Shown here one piece after another: positions 1 through 11,121 of a stretch of DNA of 64,000 nt. Each line of letters opens with the position of its first letter. Position 1 is the stretch's first letter. The notes beneath the pieces were generated by a model that ran no database searches, was not told the DNA's origin, and was given only the letters and a program-made list of their open reading frames with translations. Source of the DNA: Nitrospinaceae bacterium (GTDB lineage Bacteria; Nitrospinota; Nitrospinia; Nitrospinales; Nitrospinaceae); the NCBI GenBank assembly GCA_965223665.1, contig OZ245011.1, positions 3,296,001-3,360,000 of the forward strand, in the 5' to 3' direction. A program made the translations under genes and the position numbers.

Positions 1-248
1 GAAGGATGCCCTTCTTTTTTCAAAATTCTTAAGGCCAAAATACAGGCTACTTGCGCTAAAGCTTCAACAATTAAGACCCCAGGCATGACTGGGTAATCCG
101 GAAAATGTCCCTGAAAAAAAGGTTCATTTAAAGTAACATTTTTTATTCCAACAATTCGCTTATCATCATCACATTCGATCACTTTATCCACTAGCAAAAA
201 TGGAAATCTATGGGGAATGATTTTTTGGATTTCGTTGACATCTAACAT
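1..248 (-). CDS. fabZ: 3-hydroxyacyl-ACP dehydratase FabZ (5' part, truncated by window edge)
   Basis: Manual translation from ATG at 248: [23 protein letters not shown]...[31 protein letters not shown], with FabZ signature motifs; follows bamA-skp. Confidence 0.95.
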   Translation of the reverse strand, partial: MLDVNEIQKIIPHRFPFLLVDKVIECDDDKRIVGIKNVTLNEPFFQGHFPDYPVMPGVLIVEALAQVACILALRILKKEGHP

Positions 249-312
249 AATTATCCTCGTTAGAAAGGTTGCCGGATGGGAGATAGTGTTACATACGAAA
301 ATCTAATTAACG

Positions 313-849
313 TTACTTATGTTTTTTATTATAAGCAATAATTGCTTGAGACGTTAAATCCAACGCATCATCACTATAAAAAAGAGCTTTTTTCTCTAAA
401 ACCATTGTCATTTTCTTTTGTTTGCCCATAACTTTTAGAACCTTTAGCATTTTCTCTAAAATTTTATTCATCATATCCTGGCGTTTTTTCTCAAATTCTT
501 CATTACGATCCTGTACATACCGTTCAAACTTTTTCTTTTCTAATAAAAAGCTTTCTTCTTTCTTCTTTTTTAACTCGGGTGTCAAAACAAAACCCTGCTT
601 ATTGATTTGCTCCAGCATTTTTTTTATTTTTTCTTCACGGGCGGCAATGACACTTTTCTCTTTTTGAAATTCTCGATTAAAATTAGCAATTCCTCTTTTA
701 AATTCTTTGGTTCCAACGACGGCTTTTTCCATATCTACGAAACCGATTTTGGTAATGGCAAATGCTGAATTTGAGCAAAACAATCCTAATCCAATAACCA
801 AAGAAAAAATTAATAGAAAGTAACGAAATTTCATTATATTTTTTATCAT
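313..849 (-). CDS. skp: OmpH/Skp periplasmic chaperone
   Basis: Signal peptide, KIGFVD motif, coiled-coil body, DLT near C-terminus; lies between bamA and fabZ. ATG at 849 preferred; ORF extends to 861. Confidence 0.9.
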   Translation of the reverse strand: MIKNIMKFRYFLLIFSLVIGLGLFCSNSAFAITKIGFVDMEKAVVGTKEFKRGIANFNREFQKEKSVIAAREEKIKKMLEQINKQGFVLTPELKKKKEESFLLEKKKFERYVQDRNEEFEKKRQDMMNKILEKMLKVLKVMGKQKKMTMVLEKKALFYSDDALDLTSQAIIAYNKKHK

Positions 850-872
850 AATCTCTCTCAATTCTTTTTAAG

Positions 873-3206
873 TTAAAATGCCTTTCCAGCAGAAAAGTGA
901 AATTCTCCAGAGGATTCCCCGGTTTGTTTATCTAATTTGAATCCATAGGCTACCGAAATGGGGCCAAATGGACTAAAGAAACGCATACCAATTCCAACAC
1001 TTTCTCTCATATTGAAAAAATCAATAACTTCTTCAGTAGAGGAAAGATCAGCTCCACTTCCAAAAACATTTCCGCGATCGTAAAAAGTATAAAACAAGAA
1101 TTGTTTGTTTAAGGGGTATTGGAGTTCTAAATTGATTAATAAAGAATGATCTCCTCCTATTGGATCACCCGTTGAAGTTTTTGGACCCACCTGCCTTATA
1201 GTAAAACCACGTAAAGAGTTGGCTCCCCCTAAAAAGTAATGTTCAAAAACAGGCATTACCTCACCACCATATCCCTGGCCATAATTAATTGCAGCATGAA
1301 CGACCCCAACAAGCTTCCTATTAAAAAACTTAGCTATTGGACGGTAGTAAGAGACTTCATAACCTGCCTTGAAAAAATCGGATCCTCCTAAAATATTACC
1401 CGCAATTTCAAATCGTATCACATGCCTCCAACCCTGTGTAGGGTTAATAAAATTATCCCTGGTGTCTCGAATAAAAGTAGGGCCGATACGGCTGGTAGTC
1501 CGAGTTCCATCCATTAATAAAGGAGTTGCATTTTGTGGTAACACGTCAGAAATTTCAACTCTTGAGAACCTGTATGAAATTCCAATCCAATCCGTTTCAG
1601 AAAGATTTTTACCAAACCGAACACCACCACCACGCGACTCGCTATCAAAACTAAAAAAGTTAGATCGGCTGTTAAATGCATCGACACCAAAAGATACTTC
1701 TGAATCAAATATTCTGGGTTCAGTAAAATTTAAGTCAAAATTTGTTCTTCTAGAAGAAAGATTGGTTGACAAATTCAGTCTTTGCCCACGGCCAAATAAA
1801 TTATCTTGGGCAATAGATGCATTAAATATTAAGTTTTCTACAGAACTAAATCCGATTCCAAACGAAATTGAACCGGTAGGTCTTTCTGTTAAAGTAGTGT
1901 CTATATCAATTAAATCCGGTTCCTTACCCCTGCGGGTATCAATTTTAACATCTGCAAAATAGCCTAAATTATTTATTCTTTGTTTGGATCGTTTTAGTTT
2001 TTTGCTGTTAAATAACTCACCTTCTTTGATTCGGAATTCTCTTCGAATTACATTGTCCCGAGTTTTTAAATTTCCTAAGACGTTTATTTTCCCAACATAA
2101 ACCTTACTTCCAGGGTCAATAACAATTTTTAAATTAACAAGACGTTTTTTATCATCTATTTTACTAGTGGGATTTATATCTGCATAAGCGTATCCTTTTT
2201 GAGAATACAATTCAGTTACATTTAATATATCTTGTCTTAATTGAGAAACATTGTAAATGGCTTTTGGTTTAGTTTCTAGAGTCTTTAAAATTTCTTTTTT
2301 CGAATAGGTTTTATCCCCTTCAACTTCTATTTTTCCTACCCGATACTGGTCACCTTCTTCGACTCTAATAGTGATATAAATTTCTTTACTTGCACGGTTA
2401 ATTTCGATGGAAGGATCATGGACTCGAATTCTCAAAAATCCTCTATCTTGATAGTAGGCTTCCAATCGTAAAACATCGAGTTTTAAAATATCTTTTTTGT
2501 ATACTCCAGAGTCATTAAAAAATGTAAGAAGGTTCTCTTCTTTGGTTTCCATTTGATCTTGCAGATCATCAGCTCGAATATATTTATTTCCAATAAATCG
2601 AATTTCTTCGATTTTAATTTTTTCTCCTTCGTTTATTTTGATAGTAATGTTAACCAAACCATCGTTCGTGTTTATTTTATCAACTGCAATTTGGACCAAA
2701 AAATAAGCCTTTTCATGATATTTTGCTTTTATTTTTTCTACAGTATCTGTGATTAAGTGATCATTAAAAGTGGCTCCACGTCGCAGAGATATTTCTTCCA
2801 ATAAATCCTTAGCTTCATATAAGTCATTTCCAACAAAGGTAATATCCCCAATAGATGGGATTTCAACCACCCAATATGTTACTGATACACCTTCGTCCAG
2901 GTCCTCCGTTTCGACATGAATATCTGAAAACTGACCCAAACGGTAAATTTCTTTAATATCTTTTCTCACGAGAAGTCTTGAAAGTGGTTTCCCAACTTCT
3001 GTTTTGATGTAGTAGAGGATAGTTTCTGAATCGACTCGTTGGTTTCCTTTAATACCAATAGATTTAACAATCTTTCCATCTTGTTGACCAAATACGGGAT
3101 TTACCCAACCTAGTACAAGTACAAAGAAAATTAAAAAAGGAGCCCATCCAGTTTTAATTCCTTTTAGCAAAGGAATAAAAATTTTTGAATTAAATAAGGA
3201 AGTCAA
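873..3206 (-). CDS. bamA: Outer membrane protein assembly factor BamA
   Basis: POTRA repeats (GNQRVDSETI, GNLKTRDNVIRRE), LGGANSLRGF motif, SPFGPI, terminal Phe. Confidence 0.96.
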   Translation of the reverse strand: MTSLFNSKIFIPLLKGIKTGWAPFLIFFVLVLGWVNPVFGQQDGKIVKSIGIKGNQRVDSETILYYIKTEVGKPLSRLLVRKDIKEIYRLGQFSDIHVETEDLDEGVSVTYWVVEIPSIGDITFVGNDLYEAKDLLEEISLRRGATFNDHLITDTVEKIKAKYHEKAYFLVQIAVDKINTNDGLVNITIKINEGEKIKIEEIRFIGNKYIRADDLQDQMETKEENLLTFFNDSGVYKKDILKLDVLRLEAYYQDRGFLRIRVHDPSIEINRASKEIYITIRVEEGDQYRVGKIEVEGDKTYSKKEILKTLETKPKAIYNVSQLRQDILNVTELYSQKGYAYADINPTSKIDDKKRLVNLKIVIDPGSKVYVGKINVLGNLKTRDNVIRREFRIKEGELFNSKKLKRSKQRINNLGYFADVKIDTRRGKEPDLIDIDTTLTERPTGSISFGIGFSSVENLIFNASIAQDNLFGRGQRLNLSTNLSSRRTNFDLNFTEPRIFDSEVSFGVDAFNSRSNFFSFDSESRGGGVRFGKNLSETDWIGISYRFSRVEISDVLPQNATPLLMDGTRTTSRIGPTFIRDTRDNFINPTQGWRHVIRFEIAGNILGGSDFFKAGYEVSYYRPIAKFFNRKLVGVVHAAINYGQGYGGEVMPVFEHYFLGGANSLRGFTIRQVGPKTSTGDPIGGDHSLLINLELQYPLNKQFLFYTFYDRGNVFGSGADLSSTEEVIDFFNMRESVGIGMRFFSPFGPISVAYGFKLDKQTGESSGEFHFSAGKAF

Positions 3207-3230
3207 CTTTTACCAGGAGCAATTAAAGAC

Positions 3231-3283
3231 AAAAAAAAAGTATCAACCTCTAAGCCTTGAGAAGGCTTAAAGCTTAATACTTT
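3231..3283 (-). terminator. Intrinsic terminator downstream of clpC
   Basis: Perfect TAAGCCTT/AAGGCTTA stem (3251-3269), extended by imperfect pairing, followed by T9 on the minus strand. Confidence 0.7.
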
Positions 3284-3337
3284 AACTGTGCTTTTGTCAA
3301 AGGAATCCTTTATAAAAAGGACTCAAAGTTTTCTATT

Positions 3338-5767
3338 TTAGGAGACCGTGTCTAAGGCGCTGGATTTTTCAGTAAAAGTCAATTCATCTCCATCCAGGCC
3401 AACCTCAATTACGCCATTTGATTTAAATCTACCTTTAAGCATCTCATCAGATAAAACATCCTCTAAATGCTTTTGTATAGCGCGTTTAAGCGGTCGGGCT
3501 CCAAAATTTTTATCATATCCTTTCTCAGCCAGCCATTTTTTGGCTTCATCAGAAATATCAAGAGTTAAGCCTTGTTGAATTAACTGCTGATTCAGCTGTT
3601 GAATTTGAATATCCAAAATTTGGGTCACATTTTCCAAAGTTAATGGCTTAAATACGACTATATCGCTTAATCGATTCAAAAACTCTGGGTTGAAAGTCTT
3701 CCTGAGATCCTGTTTGAGGTCCTTTTCCATTTTATCAAAGCTCATATCCATGTCGTTATTATGGAATCCCAAAGAACCTTTATCTAGCATTTTGGAGCTA
3801 ATATTGGATGTTAAAATGATCACTGTATTTTTAAAATCTATATTACGCCCATAGCTATCAGTCAATCTACCATCATCCATAATTTGTAGAAGTAAATGGT
3901 AAACATCAGGGTTTGCTTTTTCAATTTCGTCAAAAAGAACAACAGAATATGGTTTTCGCCGCACTTTTTCTGTTAATTGACCCCCTTCTTCATAACCAAC
4001 ATAACCAGGAGGGGCACCCGTTAACCTTGAAACATTAAATTTCTCCATATATTCTGACATATCCAACCGAATTAGTGCGTCTCTCTCGCCAAATAAAAAT
4101 TCAGCGAGGGCACCTGCCAGTTCAGTTTTACCCACCCCAGTGGGTCCTAAAAAGAGAAAAGTTCCAATGGGACGGCGCATATCCTTTAAACCAGAACGAG
4201 ATCGGCGAATTGCCTTTGTAATTGCCTCGATGGCTTCTTCCTGTCCAACAATTTTACCTGCAAGTTCCTCACCCATATTGAGCAAGCGAGATGATTCCTT
4301 TTCCTCGATACGGTTGAGAGGAATTCCAGTCATACTGGATACAACAGATGCAATATCTTCTTCCGTAATGCAGGGTTCTTGTAATTGATTTTCTTCATCC
4401 CATTTTGCTTTTGCTTGATCTAACTTGGAACGAAGATCTTCTTCTTTATCTCTTAACTCAACTGCTTTTTCAAATTCCTGATTTTCGATTCTAATTTTCT
4501 TTTCTCGAACCAAAGAATCAATTTCACGTTGAATATTTTTCATTTCTGGAGATTGGGTTGCTTTACGTAACCTTACACGCGAACCAGCTTCATCAATTAC
4601 GTCAATGGCTTTATCAGGCAAAAATCGATCACTAATATATCTATCAGCAAAACGGACTGCAGTTACAATGGCATAATCAGTGATTTTTGCTTTGTGGTGA
4701 ACCTCATAAGGCACCTTGAGTCCGCGAATAATTTCGATCGTTTCATCCACGGAAGGTGGATTAACAATAATTGGCTGGAACCTTCGTTCGAGAGCTCCAT
4801 TTTTTTCAATATATTTTCTGTATTCTTCCAAAGTGGTTGCACCAATGCACTGAATTTCACCGCGAGATAATGCTGGTTTCAGCATATTCGAGGCATCTAC
4901 GGAGCCTTCGGCAGCGCCTGCGCCCACCAAAGTATGGAGTTCATCAATGAATAGGATAACGCTTTCATTTTGGATGATCTCCTTCATGATTCCTTTTAAC
5001 CTTGCTTCAAATTGACCACGGTATTTGGTTCCAGCAATTAGAGAACCTAAATCTAAAGAAACCACACGCTTATCAAATAAACTGTCCGGAACTTCTCGCT
5101 CTACAATAAGTTGAGCAAGTCCTTCTACAATGGCAGTTTTACCTACACCAGGCTCACCAATCAAAACCGGATTATTTTTTGTGCGGCGACTTAAAATTTG
5201 AATCACTCTTTCAATTTCTTTGCTGCGGCCAATTATAGGATCAAGCTTTCCAGCTAAAGCCATTTGGGTTAAATCACGACTAAACTCATCAAGAGTGGGT
5301 GTTTTGCCGGCTTCCCGGGTGGTTTCCCCAGGTTCTTTAAACATTTCAACAAGTTTTTCTTTTACATCATCGAAATACATACCAAAGCTATTTAATACTC
5401 GGCAAGCCACTCCTTCTTTTTCTTTTAACAAACCAAGCAATAAATGCTCGGTTCCAATATAATTGTGGTTAAGGGAACGCGCTTCTTCCACCGCAAATTC
5501 GAGCACTTTTTTTGCTCTGGAGGTAAAAGGAATATCTCCTATTACTAAGGAGTTTGAACTGCGCGGGAGGTTTTTCTCTAACTCTTGCTTGATTTGACTT
5601 AAGTCCACCCCAGATTTTTGAAGTAGTGCAACGGCAATTCCTCCCCCATCCTTGATTACTCCCTGGAGGATGTGTTCCGTTCCCAGATACTCATGTCGAT
5701 ATAATTCCGCTTCTTCTCGGGCTAAAATGATGACTCGGCGTGCTCTTTCTGTAAATCGCTTAAACAT
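3338..5767 (-). CDS. clpC: ATP-dependent Clp protease ATP-binding subunit ClpC
   Basis: Clp N-domain repeats, two AAA+ modules ([16 protein letters not shown]), UVR coiled coil (FEKAVELRD). Confidence 0.95.
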   Translation of the reverse strand: MFKRFTERARRVIILAREEAELYRHEYLGTEHILQGVIKDGGGIAVALLQKSGVDLSQIKQELEKNLPRSSNSLVIGDIPFTSRAKKVLEFAVEEARSLNHNYIGTEHLLLGLLKEKEGVACRVLNSFGMYFDDVKEKLVEMFKEPGETTREAGKTPTLDEFSRDLTQMALAGKLDPIIGRSKEIERVIQILSRRTKNNPVLIGEPGVGKTAIVEGLAQLIVEREVPDSLFDKRVVSLDLGSLIAGTKYRGQFEARLKGIMKEIIQNESVILFIDELHTLVGAGAAEGSVDASNMLKPALSRGEIQCIGATTLEEYRKYIEKNGALERRFQPIIVNPPSVDETIEIIRGLKVPYEVHHKAKITDYAIVTAVRFADRYISDRFLPDKAIDVIDEAGSRVRLRKATQSPEMKNIQREIDSLVREKKIRIENQEFEKAVELRDKEEDLRSKLDQAKAKWDEENQLQEPCITEEDIASVVSSMTGIPLNRIEEKESSRLLNMGEELAGKIVGQEEAIEAITKAIRRSRSGLKDMRRPIGTFLFLGPTGVGKTELAGALAEFLFGERDALIRLDMSEYMEKFNVSRLTGAPPGYVGYEEGGQLTEKVRRKPYSVVLFDEIEKANPDVYHLLLQIMDDGRLTDSYGRNIDFKNTVIILTSNISSKMLDKGSLGFHNNDMDMSFDKMEKDLKQDLRKTFNPEFLNRLSDIVVFKPLTLENVTQILDIQIQQLNQQLIQQGLTLDISDEAKKWLAEKGYDKNFGARPLKRAIQKHLEDVLSDEMLKGRFKSNGVIEVGLDGDELTFTEKSSALDTVS

Positions 5768-6103
5768 ATTCGGTAGATTCCCTAGAAGTCTATTCTTAAT
5801 AAAAGGCTAAAATAAAGATTTTTCAAACACTTCTTCAATTCAAAGAAAATTTTTTTTAGCTTAGTTTCCTTATTGCATTTTAGCAAACAGGAGGGATATT
5901 ACAAGTTTTAAATTTGTCATATTGGAAGGGTTGTAACTTATTAATAAATAACCCTTTAAGTGATTTTTTGTGGCTGAAATTTTTGCGGTTTTTTACCCTT
6001 TGAAAGACATTATAAAACCTTTACATAAACATTTTTAAGCCAGAGCTGTGCCGAGTTTTTCGTCGATGAAAAATTTATGGTTGGGTTTTGCGATTCACCC
6101 CTC

Positions 6104-9100
6104 CTAAAAATAACCTGCATCTGGGTGGAAGCAAACCAAAGCTGCTGTTGTACTTGGAGGATCAAATTCGTTCGCTTCTGTGAGGGAGATTCCCAGATCC
6201 TGAGGCTGCAATATTTCATAAATTACTCGATTATTAACTAAATCTTCTAAGGAAGGGTATCCAGGACTGTATCGGTTTCCCTTCTCATCTTTTTTCCGGC
6301 CTGTTCGTACTTTAAGCAACTGATGAATGTATTCCGCAAAATCTTCTGCGACTCGGTCGCCTAGACCTTGTAAATATAAGGCGGACTCGGTGTCATTTTC
6401 TTTTTTAAAATTGTCCACTGCTTTTTCTAAGCTTTGTCCTGCGGTCGTGATTTGTAATCCAACCACATCCATAATTCCCGAATCTTTGGAATGGAAGTAC
6501 TGAGCAACAGAAAATATATCTTTTTTCCCTTGACCCACACATACGTTAAAATTGATTCGCTTCAGTTCATTGTCCGGTTGGTTAGGGTCGTAAATAACTA
6601 AATCATCTCCATCGGATTGTGCAGGTAATAGGGCAAACCTTGCTTTTGGAATTATCCAACTATTGGCTTGAGACTTTTCCAGCCAATCTTTTTGAAGCTC
6701 TTTTAATTGCTCAAGTTTGACTCCTTTTTTGGCCCAGGAAGACTTTTTCCCAAATTTCCAATTCAGTGAATACAAACTTTTGGTATCAATGGAAGAGGCT
6801 AATTTATCTAACTTAAATTCTATTTTATGGACTCCGTAACCGTTTTGACGAACCTGATATTTTTTGAAATTCACTTTCCTTCTTTTTAATGTAGAAAGCA
6901 GTTTCTTTTTATCTTCTTCTATTCCTTTGGCTCGTTGGTAACTATGAATAAGTTTTTCACGGTTCTTATCTAATACTTCTGCTTTCTGTTGTTGGTCGGC
7001 TAAAGAGTTCATGGTATTAACTCCGTCCATGCCGCTTTCACAATAAAAAATATTAGGAATAATATTTTGCAAATCGTCTTGCCCATGCATGGCGACATAA
7101 CCTGCATGCCGGTCATTGACCGGAGCTCCACCAATAAGTATTGGAATTTCGTATTTTTGTTCTTTGAGCATGCGCGCCACAGTGATCATATGATTTGAAG
7201 TCTGAACTAAAAGTGCACTCATTCCAATAGCGTCAGCCTTTTCTTTTCGCGCAGTCTCAACGAAATTTTCCAGGGGTACTTGAACTCCCAGGTCCACAGC
7301 TCGATAACCATAATTTTCCAATAAAGTTTTAGCCAGGTCCTTACCAATGCTGTGAACATCTTGGTACACGGTTCCAATGACCACCGTGCCTTTGTAGTCA
7401 ATGGCTGCCCCTGGTTCAACTCCACTTTGATGTCGCATATAGGCTTCTAAAAATCCCATCACGTTACGCATTACATCGGCACTTTTTAATAAATGTGGCA
7501 AACTCACTTCGCCTCGGCCGAACCCATCGCCTAGTTCCCGCATGGTTTTCATTAAGTAATCACTAATAAAACTAAGGGGTTCATGTTTGTCAATCACCTG
7601 AGTTGCTTGTAAAACAATTTTATCGTGGTAGGTGTATACCAACCCATTTTTCTCAATAGTTCCTTCAGATTTTTCTTTGACACCATCCAGAATTTTTCTA
7701 CAAATACTTTCTTCAAGTTCCAGGGCATTGTAGTCAAATTTTTTCGAGACTTTTCCGGTTTTCTTTTTGAGCGCAACTTCTTCCAGCTTTTCAAATGCCT
7801 CCATGTCATGATCTAAGATTATTTTCTTTGCTAAATCGACATCTTCAGGTGGAAGACTTTCTTTGGGGACAAAATGGTTGGGGTTTAAAATGGCGCAATC
7901 CAATCCCCTCTGGCGTGCTTCATCTAAAAAAACACTGGTTAAGACTTTTCGCATATAGGGTTTTTGTGCCAAGCCTGCTGTTAAATTGCCTACTCCAATG
8001 CTGGTTTTTAAATCAGGATGAATTGATTTTATTCTAGGCAAACTGTCCAAGGCTTCTTTACAAAAATTCATTCCCTCTTTCGATTCGCTTCCAATTGGAT
8101 ATGCATTGATATCTACTAAAATTTGATCAGGGGTGACACCATGTTTGTTTAGTGACTGTTGAACAATCTCACTTGCCAATTGATATTTTTCATCTGCAGT
8201 AATCGCAGGTCCTTCCGGGCCATTTACCAAGGCAATGTAAACCGGATGGTGGTCCTTGGTGGATGATAAGACTGCATCAAGTTTAGATTCACCGGGACGG
8301 TATTCTTCTAAGCTGATTGAATTGATAATAGGGCGACCCGGATAAGTGGTTAGACCTTCTTCCAATGCTTCTACAGAGAAAGAGTCTATACACATGGTGG
8401 CTTTAAAGTCACTGGTTAGGTCATGGATAACTTTAGGAAGGATTTTTTCCGTTTCTACAATATTACTGTCCATGCATACATCAATAATTTCCATTCCTAA
8501 ATCTGCGATCTGTTCATGTACAACCTCTTCGAGAATATCAAGTTTTACACCTTCATCCTGTTCAACCGCATCACGTACTTTTTTACTGCCACGAACATTT
8601 AGACGTTCTCCAATACAAATCAACCCGTCTTTACTGTCTAGAACGACGACTTCCTGTGGGCCCGAAATATAGGTTCTATTATCCGTTTCCCGTGGTTTTG
8701 GGATAGCATTTCCTATCATCTTTCGTAAGGATCTGATATGGTCTGGCCGGGTCCCACAACATCCGCCAACTATTGACACTCCATATTCTTTGACAAATGA
8801 TTCCATAATATTGGCCATTTCATTAGGCTCTAATTTATAGCAGGTTTGTCCATCCTCTGAGACCGGTTGGCCTGCATTTGGAACTACAGAAATAGGATGA
8901 GGGCAAATCTGGCTGAGTCGCTTTACGGTGTCTACTAATTCTAAGGGTCCCACATTACAGTTCATTCCAAAGGCAGAGATTCCCATTCCAGCTATGGCTG
9001 TATAGGCGGCATGTATATCAGTATTAAAAATTTGCATTTTTGAAAATGTATCGACTGTTACTTGAGCAATCACGGGCAAAAATTTGTTTTTCTTTTTAAA

Positions 9101-9721
9101 AGCTTTTCGTGCACCAATAAGAGAGGCCTTTGTCTCAAGAATATCCTGCTGAGTTTCGAACAATATTAAATCTGCGCCACCGTCTATTAATCCTTCGATT
9201 TGCACCTGATTATTTTCAACAATTTGATTAAAAGTTGCTTGGGCTAAGTTTGCTTGTGTACTGGAAATCACATAATTGGAAGGGCCAATGGAACCTGCGA
9301 CAAACAAGGGGCGTCCATCGTAATCATTTGAGCTTTTATACTTATCAATAGCTCGGCACCCGACTTCACAACCAAAGCGACTCATCTGATAAGCGATAGC
9401 ATTTAAGTCCCCTTGTTTTAAATCTAAACCCTCAGGAATAGCTGACATTTTACTTGAGTCGATTTGATTCCAATCAAATTCCTTGAGACGCAATGGGGAA
9501 GCCCCAAATGTGTTGGTCTCAATAATATTAGCGCCCGCCTGCAAATACTCCCGATGGATATTCTCTATGTCTTCTGGGCGGGAAAAAAGTAACAAGTCAG
9601 TCATCATACGAAATAGAGAGCCACCAAAATCTTCATCGGTGACATCTAAATTTTGCACCATGGTGCCCATGGCTCCATCAAGCAGCAGTACTTTTTGTTT
9701 TAAAATATCTTCAAATTTCAT
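6104..9721 (-). CDS. metH: Cobalamin-dependent methionine synthase
   Basis: LLDGAMGT, GGCCGT homocysteine-binding domain, IGERLN pterin domain, DVHSIG B12 motif, RYSPGYP activation domain. Confidence 0.95.
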   Translation of the reverse strand: MKFEDILKQKVLLLDGAMGTMVQNLDVTDEDFGGSLFRMMTDLLLFSRPEDIENIHREYLQAGANIIETNTFGASPLRLKEFDWNQIDSSKMSAIPEGLDLKQGDLNAIAYQMSRFGCEVGCRAIDKYKSSNDYDGRPLFVAGSIGPSNYVISSTQANLAQATFNQIVENNQVQIEGLIDGGADLILFETQQDILETKASLIGARKAFKKKNKFLPVIAQVTVDTFSKMQIFNTDIHAAYTAIAGMGISAFGMNCNVGPLELVDTVKRLSQICPHPISVVPNAGQPVSEDGQTCYKLEPNEMANIMESFVKEYGVSIVGGCCGTRPDHIRSLRKMIGNAIPKPRETDNRTYISGPQEVVVLDSKDGLICIGERLNVRGSKKVRDAVEQDEGVKLDILEEVVHEQIADLGMEIIDVCMDSNIVETEKILPKVIHDLTSDFKATMCIDSFSVEALEEGLTTYPGRPIINSISLEEYRPGESKLDAVLSSTKDHHPVYIALVNGPEGPAITADEKYQLASEIVQQSLNKHGVTPDQILVDINAYPIGSESKEGMNFCKEALDSLPRIKSIHPDLKTSIGVGNLTAGLAQKPYMRKVLTSVFLDEARQRGLDCAILNPNHFVPKESLPPEDVDLAKKIILDHDMEAFEKLEEVALKKKTGKVSKKFDYNALELEESICRKILDGVKEKSEGTIEKNGLVYTYHDKIVLQATQVIDKHEPLSFISDYLMKTMRELGDGFGRGEVSLPHLLKSADVMRNVMGFLEAYMRHQSGVEPGAAIDYKGTVVIGTVYQDVHSIGKDLAKTLLENYGYRAVDLGVQVPLENFVETARKEKADAIGMSALLVQTSNHMITVARMLKEQKYEIPILIGGAPVNDRHAGYVAMHGQDDLQNIIPNIFYCESGMDGVNTMNSLADQQQKAEVLDKNREKLIHSYQRAKGIEEDKKKLLSTLKRRKVNFKKYQVRQNGYGVHKIEFKLDKLASSIDTKSLYSLNWKFGKKSSWAKKGVKLEQLKELQKDWLEKSQANSWIIPKARFALLPAQSDGDDLVIYDPNQPDNELKRINFNVCVGQGKKDIFSVAQYFHSKDSGIMDVVGLQITTAGQSLEKAVDNFKKENDTESALYLQGLGDRVAEDFAEYIHQLLKVRTGRKKDEKGNRYSPGYPSLEDLVNNRVIYEILQPQDLGISLTEANEFDPPSTTAALVCFHPDAGYF

Positions 9722-9890
9722 TTTTTAGGCAATAAATTATTAGGAGTTGGATAATTTTATTCTACTTAATATTCCCGGTTTTGATGAAAAATACGAAGAA
9801 AAGGTTTAAATTCAATGTAAATTGGGAGTAATACTTTATTTTATGGGATATTAATATAATAACCTACTTCTAAATTTAAACTATTAATTT

Positions 9891-11036
9891 ATGTTCTATT
9901 TAAAAAGCTTTGGTTTAACTCTAATTATAATTTTTTCTTTTTTAAAGGGTACCCTTAATGGTGAAACCCAACGTATTGTATCTTCCATTGAAGAAATGCA
10001 CCTAACGTATCCCAAGGACATACAAATCAACATATTTGCCAGCCATGTGCCGAGAGCCCGTCATATGGCTTTTGATGACCAAGGTATTTTATTTGTTACT
10101 CAAACAAGACAAGGAAATGTTTCAGCTTTGCCTGATCTAAATCGGAATGGAAAAGCGGATCAAATCGTTTCAATACTTAAAAACCGAAACTCTCCTCATG
10201 GAATAGCTTTTACGCAAATCGGAAATGATTATTTTTTGTATATTGCTGAAGAGGATCAAGTGGTCCGATTTAAACGTCTCAAAAAGCCATTTCACTATGG
10301 AGAGGAACAGGTCATTGTTGCTGGAATTCCAACGGGAGGACATTTTACTAGAACAATAAAAATAAAAAATGACAAACTTTATCTTTCTGTAGGTTCTTCT
10401 TGTAATGTTTGTATTGAGGAGAATCCCTTGCGTGCGGCAATCTCAAGTTATAATTTAGATGGGACCCGACATGAGATTTTTGCCGAAGGGCTCCGAAATT
10501 CTGTTGGTATTGAGTTTTCTCCTTATTCAGGTGAACTGTGGGGAGTCAATAATGGCCGTGACTGGCAAGGCGACGACCACCCACGAGAGGAATTGAATAT
10601 CATTAAAAAGGGTAAACATTATGGTTGGCCTTATTGTCATGAAAAAAATGTGCCTGACCCTGAATACGGGAGAATAATGGATTGTAAAATAACTGAACCT
10701 CCTGCCTATACATTTACTGCACATATGGCACCTTTAGGTCTCGAATTTTATCTGAGAGGTAATTTGCCCGAGAAATACATAAATAGTTTGTTCATTGCTT
10801 TTCATGGGTCCTGGAACCGTTCCCAACCCGCCGGGTATAAAGTTGTAAGGGTGATTCTCGATAAAGCCGGAAAAATTTTATCGCATGAAGATTTTATTTC
10901 GGGGTGGCTCCGTCCCAACGGAAAAAAAGACGGTCGTCCAGTGGATCTTCAGCTTTCACCCCAAGGGGATTTGTATCTATCAGATGATTATGCAGGAGTG
11001 GTTTATAAAATTTCCTCAGCGCTAGGGAAAAAATAG
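9891..11036 (+). CDS. PQQ-dependent sugar/sorbosone dehydrogenase family protein
   Basis: Signal peptide; VGSSCNVC, GLRNSVG, HYGWPYC, HGSWNR, GRPVD motifs. Confidence 0.85.
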   Translation: MFYLKSFGLTLIIIFSFLKGTLNGETQRIVSSIEEMHLTYPKDIQINIFASHVPRARHMAFDDQGILFVTQTRQGNVSALPDLNRNGKADQIVSILKNRNSPHGIAFTQIGNDYFLYIAEEDQVVRFKRLKKPFHYGEEQVIVAGIPTGGHFTRTIKIKNDKLYLSVGSSCNVCIEENPLRAAISSYNLDGTRHEIFAEGLRNSVGIEFSPYSGELWGVNNGRDWQGDDHPREELNIIKKGKHYGWPYCHEKNVPDPEYGRIMDCKITEPPAYTFTAHMAPLGLEFYLRGNLPEKYINSLFIAFHGSWNRSQPAGYKVVRVILDKAGKILSHEDFISGWLRPNGKKDGRPVDLQLSPQGDLYLSDDYAGVVYKISSALGKK

Positions 11037-11121
11037 ATCCATTAAATTTAGACGAGGAAAAGGGGGAAACCCAGTGGGGGGCTAATCTATTAAAGCCGAG
11101 ATAACCCCCGCAAAGAATTTG

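Noticed and set aside
9722-9890. Cobalamin or SAM riboswitch upstream of metH
   Set aside because: Short AT-rich spacer without the conserved core motifs.
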